Assembly (NCBI RefSeq): GCF_001457615.1
Contig: NZ_LN831024.1
Span: 3,900,001 to 3,932,000, forward strand
Reading direction: 5' to 3'
DNA length: 32,000 nucleotides
Source of the DNA: Pseudomonas aeruginosa
GTDB lineage: Bacteria > Pseudomonadota > Gammaproteobacteria > Pseudomonadales > Pseudomonadaceae
Shown: positions 1 to 8,333 of the stretch, in pieces
Numbering within the stretch: position 1 is the first letter of the stretch
Layout of the letters: every line of letters begins with the position of its first letter
The notes under the pieces: model-generated
Seen by the model: the letters and a program-made list of their open reading frames with translations, nothing else
Database searches by the model: none
What the model was told of the DNA's origin: nothing
Program-made: the position numbers and the translations under genes

Positions 1-591
1 GCCTACCTGAACGGGCTGTACCTGCTCGACCCCTTCTACCAGGCTTGCCGGGAAGGCCTGGCCAGCGGCCTGTACCGCCTCGAGGAGATCGCCCCGGACC
101 ATTTCCGGCAGAGCGAGTACTACCTCAGCTACTTCCACGACAACGTTCTGGAGGACGAGGTGCAGTTCATCCTACAGGTGCCCGGCCAGGGCGCGCTGTC
201 GCTGTCGCTGGGCATGCAGAGGATGTTCGCCGACGAGGAATGCGGGATGCTCGGCTTGCTCTCGAGCTGGGTCCTGGCGCTGATGCAGCAGCACTGGCAG
301 CAACGCAGCCAGCGCCTGTTGCCGGCTGCACCGCAGGAAGAGATGGCCACGCAGATACGCGACGCCCTCAGCCACTTCGGCGCCAGCGTGCTATCGGAAC
401 GGGAACTGGAGATCGCCCGCCTGATCCTTCGCGGCTACTCGTCGAAGGCCATGGCCGAGCGCCTGGCGATCTCGCCGGAGACGATCAAGGTCCATCGGCG
501 CCACCTGTACGCCAAGCTGGACATTTCCTCGCAACCGGAGCTGTTCTCGCTGTTCATCCAGTCGCTCGGGCACGACCCGGAGAACCCCTAG
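1..591 (+). CDS. LuxR/FixJ-family transcriptional regulator, 3' portion (5' end outside the window)
   Basis: Frame 1 is open from nt 1 (AYLNGLYLLDPFYQ...) to TAG at 589-591. The C-terminal ~60 aa carry a LuxR-type HTH (SERELEIARLILRGYSSKAMAERLAISPETIKVHRRHLYAKL). Confidence 0.85.
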   Translation, partial: AYLNGLYLLDPFYQACREGLASGLYRLEEIAPDHFRQSEYYLSYFHDNVLEDEVQFILQVPGQGALSLSLGMQRMFADEECGMLGLLSSWVLALMQQHWQQRSQRLLPAAPQEEMATQIRDALSHFGASVLSERELEIARLILRGYSSKAMAERLAISPETIKVHRRHLYAKLDISSQPELFSLFIQSLGHDPENP

Positions 592-594
592 GGA

Positions 595-1011
595 TCATGG
601 ATTGGCGTAGCGCCGGCTGAGACCGGGCGGGATGCCGCGAGCGTCGGTCTCGGTCCATGGACCCTGCGGGCTGGTGGACCAGAACCAGCCGCCGTCCCAC
701 CGGTAGTAGGTGCGCTGGCGGTAGTAGAGATCGCGCTCGCCACGGATCACGTAGACCCCCAGGCTGCCGTCCCAGACGCCCTTGCCGCCTGGCGGCGGGG
801 CGAACTGCGGACGCGAGCGGCTGGGCTGCGCCGGAGTCTGCGGTTGCGGGGTGATGCGCGGCGGGGTGGCGCCGGGCGCGCTGGACGGACCGGGCTGCGG
901 CTGGCTCTGCGGCGGCAGCGAGGCCGGCGGTTCGCTGGTCTGCGGCGGATGCACCACGCACCCGCCGAGACCGCCCAGGAGAATCGCCAGACCCAGATAC
1001 TTCGCCTTCAC
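595..1011 (-). CDS. Small putative lipoprotein (138 aa) with a Pro/Gln-rich linker and an aromatic C-terminal domain
   Basis: GTG start at 1009-1011, preceded by GGGGAGG about 7 nt upstream. Signal peptide plus lipobox VKAKYLGLAILLGGLGG-C. High GC3 coding pattern. It forms the C-terminal third of the 443-aa track ORF 595..1926, whose upstream part overlaps cycH out of frame. Confidence 0.7.
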   Translation of the reverse strand: MKAKYLGLAILLGGLGGCVVHPPQTSEPPASLPPQSQPQPGPSSAPGATPPRITPQPQTPAQPSRSRPQFAPPPGGKGVWDGSLGVYVIRGERDLYYRQRTYYRWDGGWFWSTSPQGPWTETDARGIPPGLSRRYANP

Positions 1012-1037
1012 CGCCGCACCTCCCCAACCGATTGTCG

Positions 1038-2261
1038 TTATGGCCGGGCCGCCTGGGGCTGGTCCGGGCCGTCGATGGTCAGCGCTTGCGCCGACGACTG
1101 GGCAGTAGACAACGGTTTGCCGCGTCCGATCCACTCGCCGGAGATGGCGTTGCCGGCGCGGGATACCCGTGCCACCAGCTCGACCTGCGGGAAACCGCTG
1201 AGCTTGAGCTGCGGCATCATGGCGTCGGCATCGCTCAGGCTGACCTCGGCCGGCAGGTCGGCGACGGTCAGGCGCTTCACTGCCAACGGCATCGGCGGGC
1301 CGCCGACGGCGCGGGCGAAGACGAACACGCTGTCGTCGGCCTTGACCTGGCCCTTCACCGCGTCGCTGATATCCACCTTCACCGTCAGGGTCACCCCGGC
1401 GGCAGCGGGCGCGGCCGGCGCCGGCGGAGTCTGCCCGGCCTCGGTCATGCGCTCGCGGGCGCGCTGGATGCCGCCCTGGATCGCCGAGCGTGCCGGGTCC
1501 TCGTTCGGCAACACCGACACCAGGCGCTCCCAGAAGCCGATGGCGTCGGCGTAGCGCTGCTCTTCGAAGGCGGCGATGCCGAGCAGGCCAAGGGTGGTCA
1601 CTTCGGCCGGGTCGCCCTTCAGCGCCTCGTCGGCCAGGGCCTTGATCTGCGCGGTCATTTTCTTGCCACCGGAGAAATACAGTGCCTGCGCCCACTGGCC
1701 GAGCACTTCCGGCTGCCGCCCGCTGAGTTCGGCGGCGCGTTCGAAGGCCCGCGCCGCATCGGCGCCGCGTTCCTGGGTCATGTAGGTGCGACCGAGGAAG
1801 TACCAGCCCTGGGCGGAATCCGGCTGGGCCTGTACCGCGCGCTCCAGGCGCGCAGTCATCTCTTCCATGGAGTGCGGCGCCTGGGCGAATTCGCGGGCCA
1901 GCTCGACCTTGTCGCTGGCGCCCCAATGCAGGTACAGGCCGAGCGCGACCAACGGCACCAGCAGCGCCGCGACCAGCGGGACCGCCCGGCCCAGGCGCGA
2001 GCTACGCTCTTCGCCGCTGCCCTCGGTGTCGGCGAGCAGTTCGCGGGCAGCCTCGGCGCGGCCATTCTCCAGTTGCTCGGCGGTCAGCGTGCCGGCGGCC
2101 TGCTGGCCGGCCAGCTCGGCGATCCGCTCCTGATAAAGCGCGACGTTCAGGGCGGTACGGTCTTCCTCGGCCTGGGCGCGACGGCCACGCAGCAGCGGAA
2201 TCAGCAGGAATGCCAGGGCCGCCAGCAGCAGCAGGCCGGCAGCGAGCCAGAAATCGATCAT
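1038..2261 (-). CDS. cycH: Cytochrome c-type biogenesis protein CcmI/CycH (TPR-containing)
   Basis: 407 aa. N-terminal TM segment [24 protein letters not shown], a second TM segment and a TPR-like region ([10 protein letters not shown]..., [11 protein letters not shown]). The start overlaps the ccmH stop (ATGA at 2258-2261). Confidence 0.9.
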   Translation of the reverse strand: MIDFWLAAGLLLLAALAFLLIPLLRGRRAQAEEDRTALNVALYQERIAELAGQQAAGTLTAEQLENGRAEAARELLADTEGSGEERSSRLGRAVPLVAALLVPLVALGLYLHWGASDKVELAREFAQAPHSMEEMTARLERAVQAQPDSAQGWYFLGRTYMTQERGADAARAFERAAELSGRQPEVLGQWAQALYFSGGKKMTAQIKALADEALKGDPAEVTTLGLLGIAAFEEQRYADAIGFWERLVSVLPNEDPARSAIQGGIQRARERMTEAGQTPPAPAAPAAAGVTLTVKVDISDAVKGQVKADDSVFVFARAVGGPPMPLAVKRLTVADLPAEVSLSDADAMMPQLKLSGFPQVELVARVSRAGNAISGEWIGRGKPLSTAQSSAQALTIDGPDQPQAARP

Positions 2262-2725
2262 TTGTCGTTCTTCAACAGGTTGGCGAGGCGCGCTTGCTCC
2301 TCGGCGGACAGGGTGGTTTGCACCTTGGCAGCGGTGCGCCGGCGGCGCAGGACGATCACGCCGATCACCAGCACGCCGAACAGCAGCAAGGCGCCCGGAC
2401 CGAACCAGAGCAGCCAGGTACGCTCGTTGACCGGCGGCTTGTAGCGAACGAAATCACCGTAGCGGGCAACCATGTAGTCGACGATCTCGCCGTCGCTCTT
2501 GCCCTGCTGCAACTGGCCGTAGATCTGCTTGCGCAGGTCGGCGGCGATCGGTGCGTTGGAGTCGGCGATGTCCTGGTTCTGGCACTTCGGGCAGCGCAGT
2601 TCCTGGGTCAGGTTGCGGAAGCGTTCGCGCTCGGCGTCGCTGGCGAACTCGTAGGTGTCGATGGCGGCCCGGGCCACGCCGCAGAGGGCGAGACCGAGCA
2701 GCGCGGTGACGAGGAAACGCTTCAT
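2258..2725 (-). CDS. ccmH: Cytochrome c heme lyase subunit CcmH
   Basis: 155 aa from ATG at 2723-2725. Signal peptide [33 protein letters not shown] motif and a C-terminal TM segment. ATGA overlap with the ccmG stop. The track ORF is extended upstream to 3046. Confidence 0.92.
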   Translation of the reverse strand: MKRFLVTALLGLALCGVARAAIDTYEFASDAERERFRNLTQELRCPKCQNQDIADSNAPIAADLRKQIYGQLQQGKSDGEIVDYMVARYGDFVRYKPPVNERTWLLWFGPGALLLFGVLVIGVIVLRRRRTAAKVQTTLSAEEQARLANLLKNDK

Positions 2726-3264
2726 CGGGCCTCCGGCTCGTCCAGCAGTTGCTGGTACAGCGGCGCCAGTTGCTCGCGCCAGACTTTCTGGTCGACCACC
2801 CCGACGATCTTGTGGCGGATGATGCCCTGTTTGTCGATCAGGTAGGTTTCCGGCGCACCGTACACGCCCAGGTCCAGGCCCAGGGTGCCGTCGGCGTCGC
2901 TGATGCTCAGCAGGTAGGGATTGTGCAGCTCGTTCAGCCACTTGATGGCGGCGGCGTTGTCGTCCTTGTAGTTGATCCCGTAGATCACCACGCCCTGCTC
3001 GGCCAGTCGGGTCAGTTCCGGGTGCTCGACCCGGCACGACGGGCACCAGGTGCCCCAGACGTTGACCAGCGCCGGCTTGCCCTTGAGGTCGGCCTCGGTC
3101 AGGCGCCGGGCCGGGTCCTGCACGCTGGGCAGGTCGAAGGCCGGGAACGGCTTGCCGATCAGCGCCGAGGGCAGCTCGCTGGGGTCCAGCCAGAGGCCGC
3201 GGAAGAGGAACACCGCGACGATCAGGAAGATCCCCAGCGGCAGCAGCAGAATCGCTCGTTTCAA
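2722..3264 (-). CDS. ccmG: Thiol:disulfide oxidoreductase CcmG/DsbE
   Basis: 180 aa. N-terminal membrane anchor and thioredoxin motif WGTWCPSCRVEHP. Confidence 0.95.
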   Translation of the reverse strand: MKRAILLLPLGIFLIVAVFLFRGLWLDPSELPSALIGKPFPAFDLPSVQDPARRLTEADLKGKPALVNVWGTWCPSCRVEHPELTRLAEQGVVIYGINYKDDNAAAIKWLNELHNPYLLSISDADGTLGLDLGVYGAPETYLIDKQGIIRHKIVGVVDQKVWREQLAPLYQQLLDEPEAR

Positions 3265-3267
3265 GAC

Positions 3268-5241
3268 TCAGGCTCCCTGACCGGCGAGGCCCAGGGCCTC
3301 GCGCACACGTGTTTTCACCTTCACCCGGTAGCGCCGGTCGAGCGCCGCCAGGGCGCCGCCGAGGCCCATCAGCAGGCCACCGAACCAGATCCAGCGGACG
3401 AACGGCTTGACGTGCACGCGCACCGCCCAGGCACCGTTCTCCAGCGGCTCGCCGAGCGCCACGTAGAGGTCGCGGGTAAAGCCGGCATCGATCCCTGCCT
3501 CGGTCATCATCGAACTCTGCACGGTGTACAGGCGCTTCTCCGGATGCAGGGTGGCGATCTCCTTGCCGTCGCGGCTGACGTGGATGCTGCCCTTGTCCGA
3601 GGTGTAGTTCGGCCCTTCGTGGTGCTTCGCGCCGTCGAAGAGGAAGTGGTAGCCGCCCAGTTCGACGGTGTCGCCGGGCGACATGCGCAGGTCACGCTGG
3701 GCGCTGTACTGGCTGCTGAGGACGATGCCGATGGCGCACACGGCGATGCCCAGGTGCGCCAGTTGCATGCCCCAGTAGCTGCGGGTCAGGCTGCGGGCGC
3801 CGGCCAGCACGCCCTTGTGCCGGGTCTTGTCGAGGAAGTCGCGGAAACCGGCCAGGACCACCCAGGCGGACAGCAGGAACACCGCCAGCACCGCCCAGTT
3901 GAAATCGCCGAAGTACATCGAACCGGCCGCCGCCAGGACCGCGCTGGCCACCAGCACCGGGGTCAGCATGCCGAGCAGCCAGCGGCTCGGGGTGTCCTTC
4001 CAGCGCACCAGCACGCCGACCGCCAGGGCCGCCATCAGCGCCGCCATCAGCGGCAGGAACATGGCGTTGAAGTACGGCGGGCCGACCGACAGCTTGGCGC
4101 CGCTGAGGGCATCGAGCAGCAGCGGGTAGAGGGTCCCGAGGAGAATCATCGAGGCCGCCACCACCAACACCAGGTTGTTCAGCAGCAGCAGGGTCTCGCG
4201 CGACCACAGGGCGAAGCCGACCTGGCTCTTGACCACCGGCGCGCGCAGGGCGAACAGGGTCAGCGAGCCGCCGACCACCAGCAGCAGGAAGGCGAGGATG
4301 AACACCCCGCGCTCCGGGTCGGAGGCGAAGGCGTGCACCGAGGTGAGCACGCCGGAGCGGACCAGGAAGGTGCCCAGCAGGCTCAGGGAGAAAGCGGCGA
4401 TCGCCAGCAGCACGGTCCAGCTCTTGAACACGCCGCGCTTCTCGGTCACCGCCAGCGAGTGGATCAGTGCAGTGCCGACCAGCCAGGGCATGAAGGAGGC
4501 GTTTTCCACCGGATCCCAGAACCACCAGCCCCCCCAGCCCAGCTCGTAGTAGGCCCACCAGGAGCCGAGCACGATGCCGATACCGAGGAAGGCCCAGGCT
4601 ACCAGGGTCCAGGGCCGCGACCAGCGCGCCCAGGCGGCGTCCAGGCGGCCGCCGAGCAGTGCGGCGATGGCGAAGGCGAAGGCCACCGAGAATCCGACGT
4701 AACCCATGTAGAGCATCGGCGGGTGGACGATCAGGCCGACGTCCTGCAGCAGCGGGTTGAGGTCGTTGCCGTCCATCGGGGTCTGCGGCAGCAGGCGGCT
4801 GAACGGGTTGGAGGTGATGATCAGGAACAGCAGGAAGCCGGTGCTGATCATGCCCATCACCGCCAGCACGCGGGCCAGCATGACCTCCGGCAGTTGCCGG
4901 GAGAAGATCGACACGGCGAAGGTCCAGCCACCGAGGATCAGCGCCCAGAGCAGCAGCGAACCTTCGTGGGCGCCCCAGACGGCGCTGAACTTGTAGTACC
5001 AGGGCAGCGCGCTGTTGGAGTTGCCGGCCACGTAGGCCACCGAGAAGTCGTCGCGCAGGAAGGCCCAGGTCAGGCAGCCGAAGGCGAAGGCGAGGAAGGC
5101 GAACTGCCCCCAGGCCGCCGGGCGCGCCAGGCTCATCCACTGGCGGTCGCCGCGCCAGGCGCCGACCAGCGGCAGGCTCGACTGCACCAGGGCCAGGCAG
5201 AGGGCGAGGATCAGGGCCAGGTGGCCGAGTTCGGGGATCAT
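3268..5241 (-). CDS. ccmF: Cytochrome c heme lyase subunit CcmF
   Basis: 657-aa polytopic membrane protein with the WWD-type motif WGGWWFWDPVENAS. Confidence 0.95.
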   Translation of the reverse strand: MIPELGHLALILALCLALVQSSLPLVGAWRGDRQWMSLARPAAWGQFAFLAFAFGCLTWAFLRDDFSVAYVAGNSNSALPWYYKFSAVWGAHEGSLLLWALILGGWTFAVSIFSRQLPEVMLARVLAVMGMISTGFLLFLIITSNPFSRLLPQTPMDGNDLNPLLQDVGLIVHPPMLYMGYVGFSVAFAFAIAALLGGRLDAAWARWSRPWTLVAWAFLGIGIVLGSWWAYYELGWGGWWFWDPVENASFMPWLVGTALIHSLAVTEKRGVFKSWTVLLAIAAFSLSLLGTFLVRSGVLTSVHAFASDPERGVFILAFLLLVVGGSLTLFALRAPVVKSQVGFALWSRETLLLLNNLVLVVAASMILLGTLYPLLLDALSGAKLSVGPPYFNAMFLPLMAALMAALAVGVLVRWKDTPSRWLLGMLTPVLVASAVLAAAGSMYFGDFNWAVLAVFLLSAWVVLAGFRDFLDKTRHKGVLAGARSLTRSYWGMQLAHLGIAVCAIGIVLSSQYSAQRDLRMSPGDTVELGGYHFLFDGAKHHEGPNYTSDKGSIHVSRDGKEIATLHPEKRLYTVQSSMMTEAGIDAGFTRDLYVALGEPLENGAWAVRVHVKPFVRWIWFGGLLMGLGGALAALDRRYRVKVKTRVREALGLAGQGA

Positions 5242-5730
5242 CTACTTGCCCTCCTGGTTGTACGAGGTCTCGCCGGCGGTCTTGCCGTTCTCGTAGTGCT
5301 TCAGTTGGCCGCTGTCCTTGAGCGCCTTGGTGACTTCCGGCGGCATGTAGTTCTCGTCGTGCTTGGCCAGCACTTCATCGGCCACCAGCACGCCGTCGCC
5401 GCCCAGCTTGCCGAGGGCGACGATGCCCTGCCCCTCGCGGAACAGGTCGGGAAGGATGCCATGGTAGGCGATGGTCACTTCCTTGGCGCCGTCGGTGACC
5501 ACGAAACGCACGTTCAGCGAATCCTCGCTGCGTTGCAGAGAACCCTTTTCCACCAGGCCGCCGGCGCGTATGCGGGTGTCGGTCGGCGCTTCGCCGTTGG
5601 CGATCTGGGTCGGGGTGTAGAACAGGTTGATGTTCTGTTGCAGGGCCGACAGCGCCAGGCCCACCGCGGCGCCGACACCCGCCACGATGGCGAGGACGAT
5701 GATCAGACGTTTCTTGCGAACCGGATTCAC
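5242..5730 (-). CDS. ccmE: Heme chaperone CcmE
   Basis: 162 aa. N-terminal anchor, OB-fold-like body and the heme-binding His context [13 protein letters not shown]. Confidence 0.95.
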   Translation of the reverse strand: MNPVRKKRLIIVLAIVAGVGAAVGLALSALQQNINLFYTPTQIANGEAPTDTRIRAGGLVEKGSLQRSEDSLNVRFVVTDGAKEVTIAYHGILPDLFREGQGIVALGKLGGDGVLVADEVLAKHDENYMPPEVTKALKDSGQLKHYENGKTAGETSYNQEGK

Positions 5731-5903
5731 TGCTGGGCCTCCCGGCGCAGACGACGCGCCTCTTCTTGCAGGTAGCGGCGCCGGGCCAGCAGCGGCTCGG
5801 CGACATTGATCGCCAGCACCAGCAGGCTGATGCCGTAGGCCGACCAGACGTAGGGGCCGTGATGGCCCATGGCGAGGAAGTCGCCGAACGATTCGAAGCT
5901 CAT
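5727..5903 (-). CDS. ccmD: Heme exporter protein CcmD
   Basis: 58 aa from ATG at 5901-5903 ([30 protein letters not shown]...). ATGA overlaps with ccmC upstream and ccmE downstream. The track ORF is over-extended to 6119. Confidence 0.88.
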   Translation of the reverse strand: MSFESFGDFLAMGHHGPYVWSAYGISLLVLAINVAEPLLARRRYLQEEARRLRREAQQ

Positions 5904-6658
5904 CGTGCCTTCTCCACCAGGGCCTTCACCTCGGCTTTCGCCCAGGCGGTGCGGGACTCGCGCTTGAGCACTTCCAGGCGCATGCGCACCAGCAGCATGG
6001 CCGCGAAGAAGCAATAGAAGCCGAGGACCATGATCAGCAACGGCAACCACATCTCCACCGGCATCGCCGGTTTCTCGGTGATGGTGAAGGTGGCCGGCTG
6101 GTGCAGGGTGTTCCACCACTCCACCGAGTATTTGATGATCGGGATGTTCACCACGCCGACGATGGCCAGTACGGCACAGGCCTTGGCCGCGCTGTCGCGG
6201 TTACTGATCGCCTGGCCGAGGGCGATGATGCCGAAATAGAGGAAAAGCAGGATCAGCATCGCCGTCAGGCGCGCATCCCAGACCCACCAGGCGCCCCAGG
6301 TCGGCTTGCCCCAGACGGCCCCGGTAAGCAGCGCGACGAAGGTCATCCAGGCGCCGATGGGAGCGGCGCACTGCACCGCCACGTCGGCGATCTTCATCTT
6401 CCAGATCAGCCCGACGGCACCGGCCACGGCCAGCATGACGTAGCAGGACTGGGCGAGGAAGGCCGCCGGCACATGGATATAGATGATGCGGAAGCTATTG
6501 CCCTGCTGGTAGTCCGGCGGCGCGAAGGCCAGCCCCCAGACGCAGCCGGTGACGATCAGCAGCGCCGCCGCCACGGCGAACCAGGGCAGCCAGCGGCCGC
6601 TGATCTCGTAGAACCACTTGGGCGACCCAAGCTTGTGAAACCATGTCCAATTCATCAT
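5900..6658 (-). CDS. ccmC: Heme exporter protein CcmC
   Basis: 252-aa membrane protein with the WWD motif [12 protein letters not shown]. Confidence 0.95.
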   Translation of the reverse strand: MMNWTWFHKLGSPKWFYEISGRWLPWFAVAAALLIVTGCVWGLAFAPPDYQQGNSFRIIYIHVPAAFLAQSCYVMLAVAGAVGLIWKMKIADVAVQCAAPIGAWMTFVALLTGAVWGKPTWGAWWVWDARLTAMLILLFLYFGIIALGQAISNRDSAAKACAVLAIVGVVNIPIIKYSVEWWNTLHQPATFTITEKPAMPVEMWLPLLIMVLGFYCFFAAMLLVRMRLEVLKRESRTAWAKAEVKALVEKAR

Positions 6659-6726
6659 CAGGCTCTGTTTACAGGGCTCTTTGGAAATACCGGGCAGACC
6701 TTCCGCTGCCAGCCCGGGTCAAGCGT

Positions 6727-6777
6727 GGGCGGCACAGCCGCCCGGTACCGCACGCCCGCCGATGCCTTCGGCGGGCG
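6727..6777 (-). other. Two GC-rich stem-loops in the ccmB-ccmC gap
   Basis: 6753-6777: perfect 10-bp stem CGCCCGCCGA / TCGGCGGGCG with a 5-nt loop, starting 4 nt after the ccmB stop. 6727-6743: perfect 7-bp stem GGGCGGC / GCCGCCC with a 3-nt loop. Neither is followed by a U-tract. Confidence 0.6.
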
Positions 6778-6780
6778 GAC

Positions 6781-7452
6781 TCACTCGCCTACGCTGATCT
6801 TCAGGCCGGCAGCGATGGCGAATGGCGTGAGTGTCAATGCTAGCGCCGTCAGGCTCGCCAGCCACAATAAATGTCCGCTGCTGGGCAGTCCCTGCAGCGA
6901 AGCCTGCAGCGCCCCGCTACCGAGAATCAGCACCGGGATGTACAGCGGCAGGATCAGCAGCGCCAGCAACAGGCCGCCGCGCTTGAGGCCCACGGTCAAG
7001 GCCGCGCCGACGGCGCCGAGCAGGCTCAGCACCGGCGTACCGAGCAACAGGGAAAGCAGCAGCACCGGTATGCAACGGGCCGGCAGGCCCAGCATCAGCG
7101 CGAACAGCGGCGACATCAGGACCAGGGCCAGCCCGGAAAACAGCCAGTGTGCCAGCACCTTGGCCAGCACCAGAAGAGCCAGGGGGTGCGGCGAAAGGAC
7201 CCACTGCTCCAGAGAACCGTCCTCGAAATCGCTGCGGAACAGCCCTTCCAGCGAGAGCAGCACGGCCAATAGCGCCGCCACCCAGACCAGGCCGGGCGAC
7301 AAGGTTTGTAGCAATTGGCTCTCCGGCCCGACCGCCAGGGGGAACAGGGCGATGACGATGGCGAAGAACACCAGCGGATTGGCCAGCTCCGCCGGTCGGC
7401 GGAACAGCAGGCGCGCCTCGCGCGCCAGGAGCAGGCTGAAGACGTTGCTCAT
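6781..7452 (-). CDS. ccmB: Heme exporter permease CcmB
   Basis: 223 aa from ATG at 7450-7452 ([30 protein letters not shown]...), polytopic. ATGA overlap with the ccmA stop. The track ORF is over-extended to 7590. Confidence 0.92.
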   Translation of the reverse strand: MSNVFSLLLAREARLLFRRPAELANPLVFFAIVIALFPLAVGPESQLLQTLSPGLVWVAALLAVLLSLEGLFRSDFEDGSLEQWVLSPHPLALLVLAKVLAHWLFSGLALVLMSPLFALMLGLPARCIPVLLLSLLLGTPVLSLLGAVGAALTVGLKRGGLLLALLILPLYIPVLILGSGALQASLQGLPSSGHLLWLASLTALALTLTPFAIAAGLKISVGE

Positions 7453-8150
7453 GCCGGGTCGCCCATCGCCGGCTCGACCGTCGCGCCGCTGGCCGCCTTG
7501 AGCGCACCGAGGTCCAGCTCGCGGTAGCCGGCGGGCATCTGCTGCAGGCTGTGGTGGGTGGTCAGCACCACCATCCCGCCGCGCTGGCAATGCCCGGCCA
7601 GGTGCGTTTCCAGTTGCGCCACCCCCTGTTTGTCGAGGGCGGTGAAGGGTTCATCGAGGATCCACAAGGGCGGTGCGTCCAGGTACAGGCGGGCCAGCGC
7701 CACGCGGCGTTGCTGGCCGGCGGAAAGGGTGTGGCAGGGAACGTCCTCGAAGCCACGCAGGCCGACGTCGGCCAGGGCCTGCCAGATCGCCTCGCGGCTG
7801 GCCGGCTGGTGCAGCGCGCAGAGCCAGGTGAGGTTCTCCTCGGCGCTGAGCAGGCCCTTGATTCCCGCGGCGTGGCCGATCCACAGCAGGCTGCGGGCCA
7901 GTTCGCCGCGCTGTTCGGCGAGCGGCCGGCCGTTCAGGCGGACTTCCCCGGCGGTCGGCTGCATCAGTCCGGACAGCAGGCGCAGCAGGCTGGTCTTGCC
8001 GCTGCCGTTGGGACCCACCACCTGCAACATCTCACCGGCGGCCAGGCGCAGGTCGAGGCGCTCGAACAGCATGCGCCAGTCGCGCTCGCAGGCGAGCCCG
8101 ACGGTTTCCAGCAAGGGGCTGGCTGTGGGGACTTCAGCAGGATCGGACAT
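7449..8150 (-). CDS. ccmA: Heme exporter ATP-binding protein CcmA
   Basis: Walker [12 protein letters not shown] signature [14 protein letters not shown] and Walker B LWILDEP. Start chosen at ATG 8148-8150 ([19 protein letters not shown]...), which aligns with the CcmA N-terminus. An upstream in-frame start at 8201 is less likely. Confidence 0.88.
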   Translation of the reverse strand: MSDPAEVPTASPLLETVGLACERDWRMLFERLDLRLAAGEMLQVVGPNGSGKTSLLRLLSGLMQPTAGEVRLNGRPLAEQRGELARSLLWIGHAAGIKGLLSAEENLTWLCALHQPASREAIWQALADVGLRGFEDVPCHTLSAGQQRRVALARLYLDAPPLWILDEPFTALDKQGVAQLETHLAGHCQRGGMVVLTTHHSLQQMPAGYRELDLGALKAASGATVEPAMGDPA

Positions 8151-8212
8151 CGAACAACATCGCCAAGCGTCTCTCCTCGTCGCGGCGCCGGAGGCCTTCA
8201 CGGAACAGACCC

Positions 8213-8239
8213 TAAAGTCGGGATAAACACGGCCGCTAT
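8213..8239 (+). promoter_or_regulatory. Candidate sigma-28 (FliA)-type promoter upstream of the FliK-like gene
   Basis: TAAAG(TCG)-N14-GCCGCTAT compared with the enteric consensus TAAAGTTT-N11-GCCGATAA. The -35 and the spacing are exact; the -10 matches 6/8 but lacks the CGA core. GCTATACT could instead be read as a sigma-70 -10. Confidence 0.3.
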
Positions 8240-8278
8240 ACTGGTGACGACGCGGCCAGCCTGTTTGACAGGCGCGGC

Positions 8279-8284
8279 ATTATA
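8279..8284 (-). promoter_or_regulatory. Perfect TATAAT -10 hexamer about 130 nt upstream of ccmA
   Basis: The minus strand reads GCGTGTATAATGCCG. There is no good -35 at 17 nt (TGCGGA). Confidence 0.25.
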
Positions 8285-8333
8285 CACGCCCTTCCCCAGC
8301 CTCCGCAGGGTCGTTTAAGACAGGTTGTTACCC

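Noticed and set aside
595-2444. The upstream two-thirds of the minus-strand ORF 595..1926, and the plus-strand ORF 1032..2444
   Set aside because: Both overlap cycH out of frame or antisense and have low-complexity products. Only the last 138 codons of 595..1926 (the lipoprotein) have a start codon, an SD and protein-like features.
2749-5775. A 1008-aa plus-strand ORF opposite ccmG, ccmF and ccmE
   Set aside because: It is a shadow ORF typical of high-GC DNA. The product is a low-complexity R/A/G/Q/H-rich sequence with no domain-like pattern. The opposite strand encodes proteins with diagnostic motifs (CXXC, WWD, heme-binding His).
8265-8270. A perfect TTGACA -35 hexamer on the plus strand upstream of the FliK-like gene
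   Set aside because: There is no acceptable -10 at 16-18 nt. The nearest one, TATACA, is only 10 nt away.
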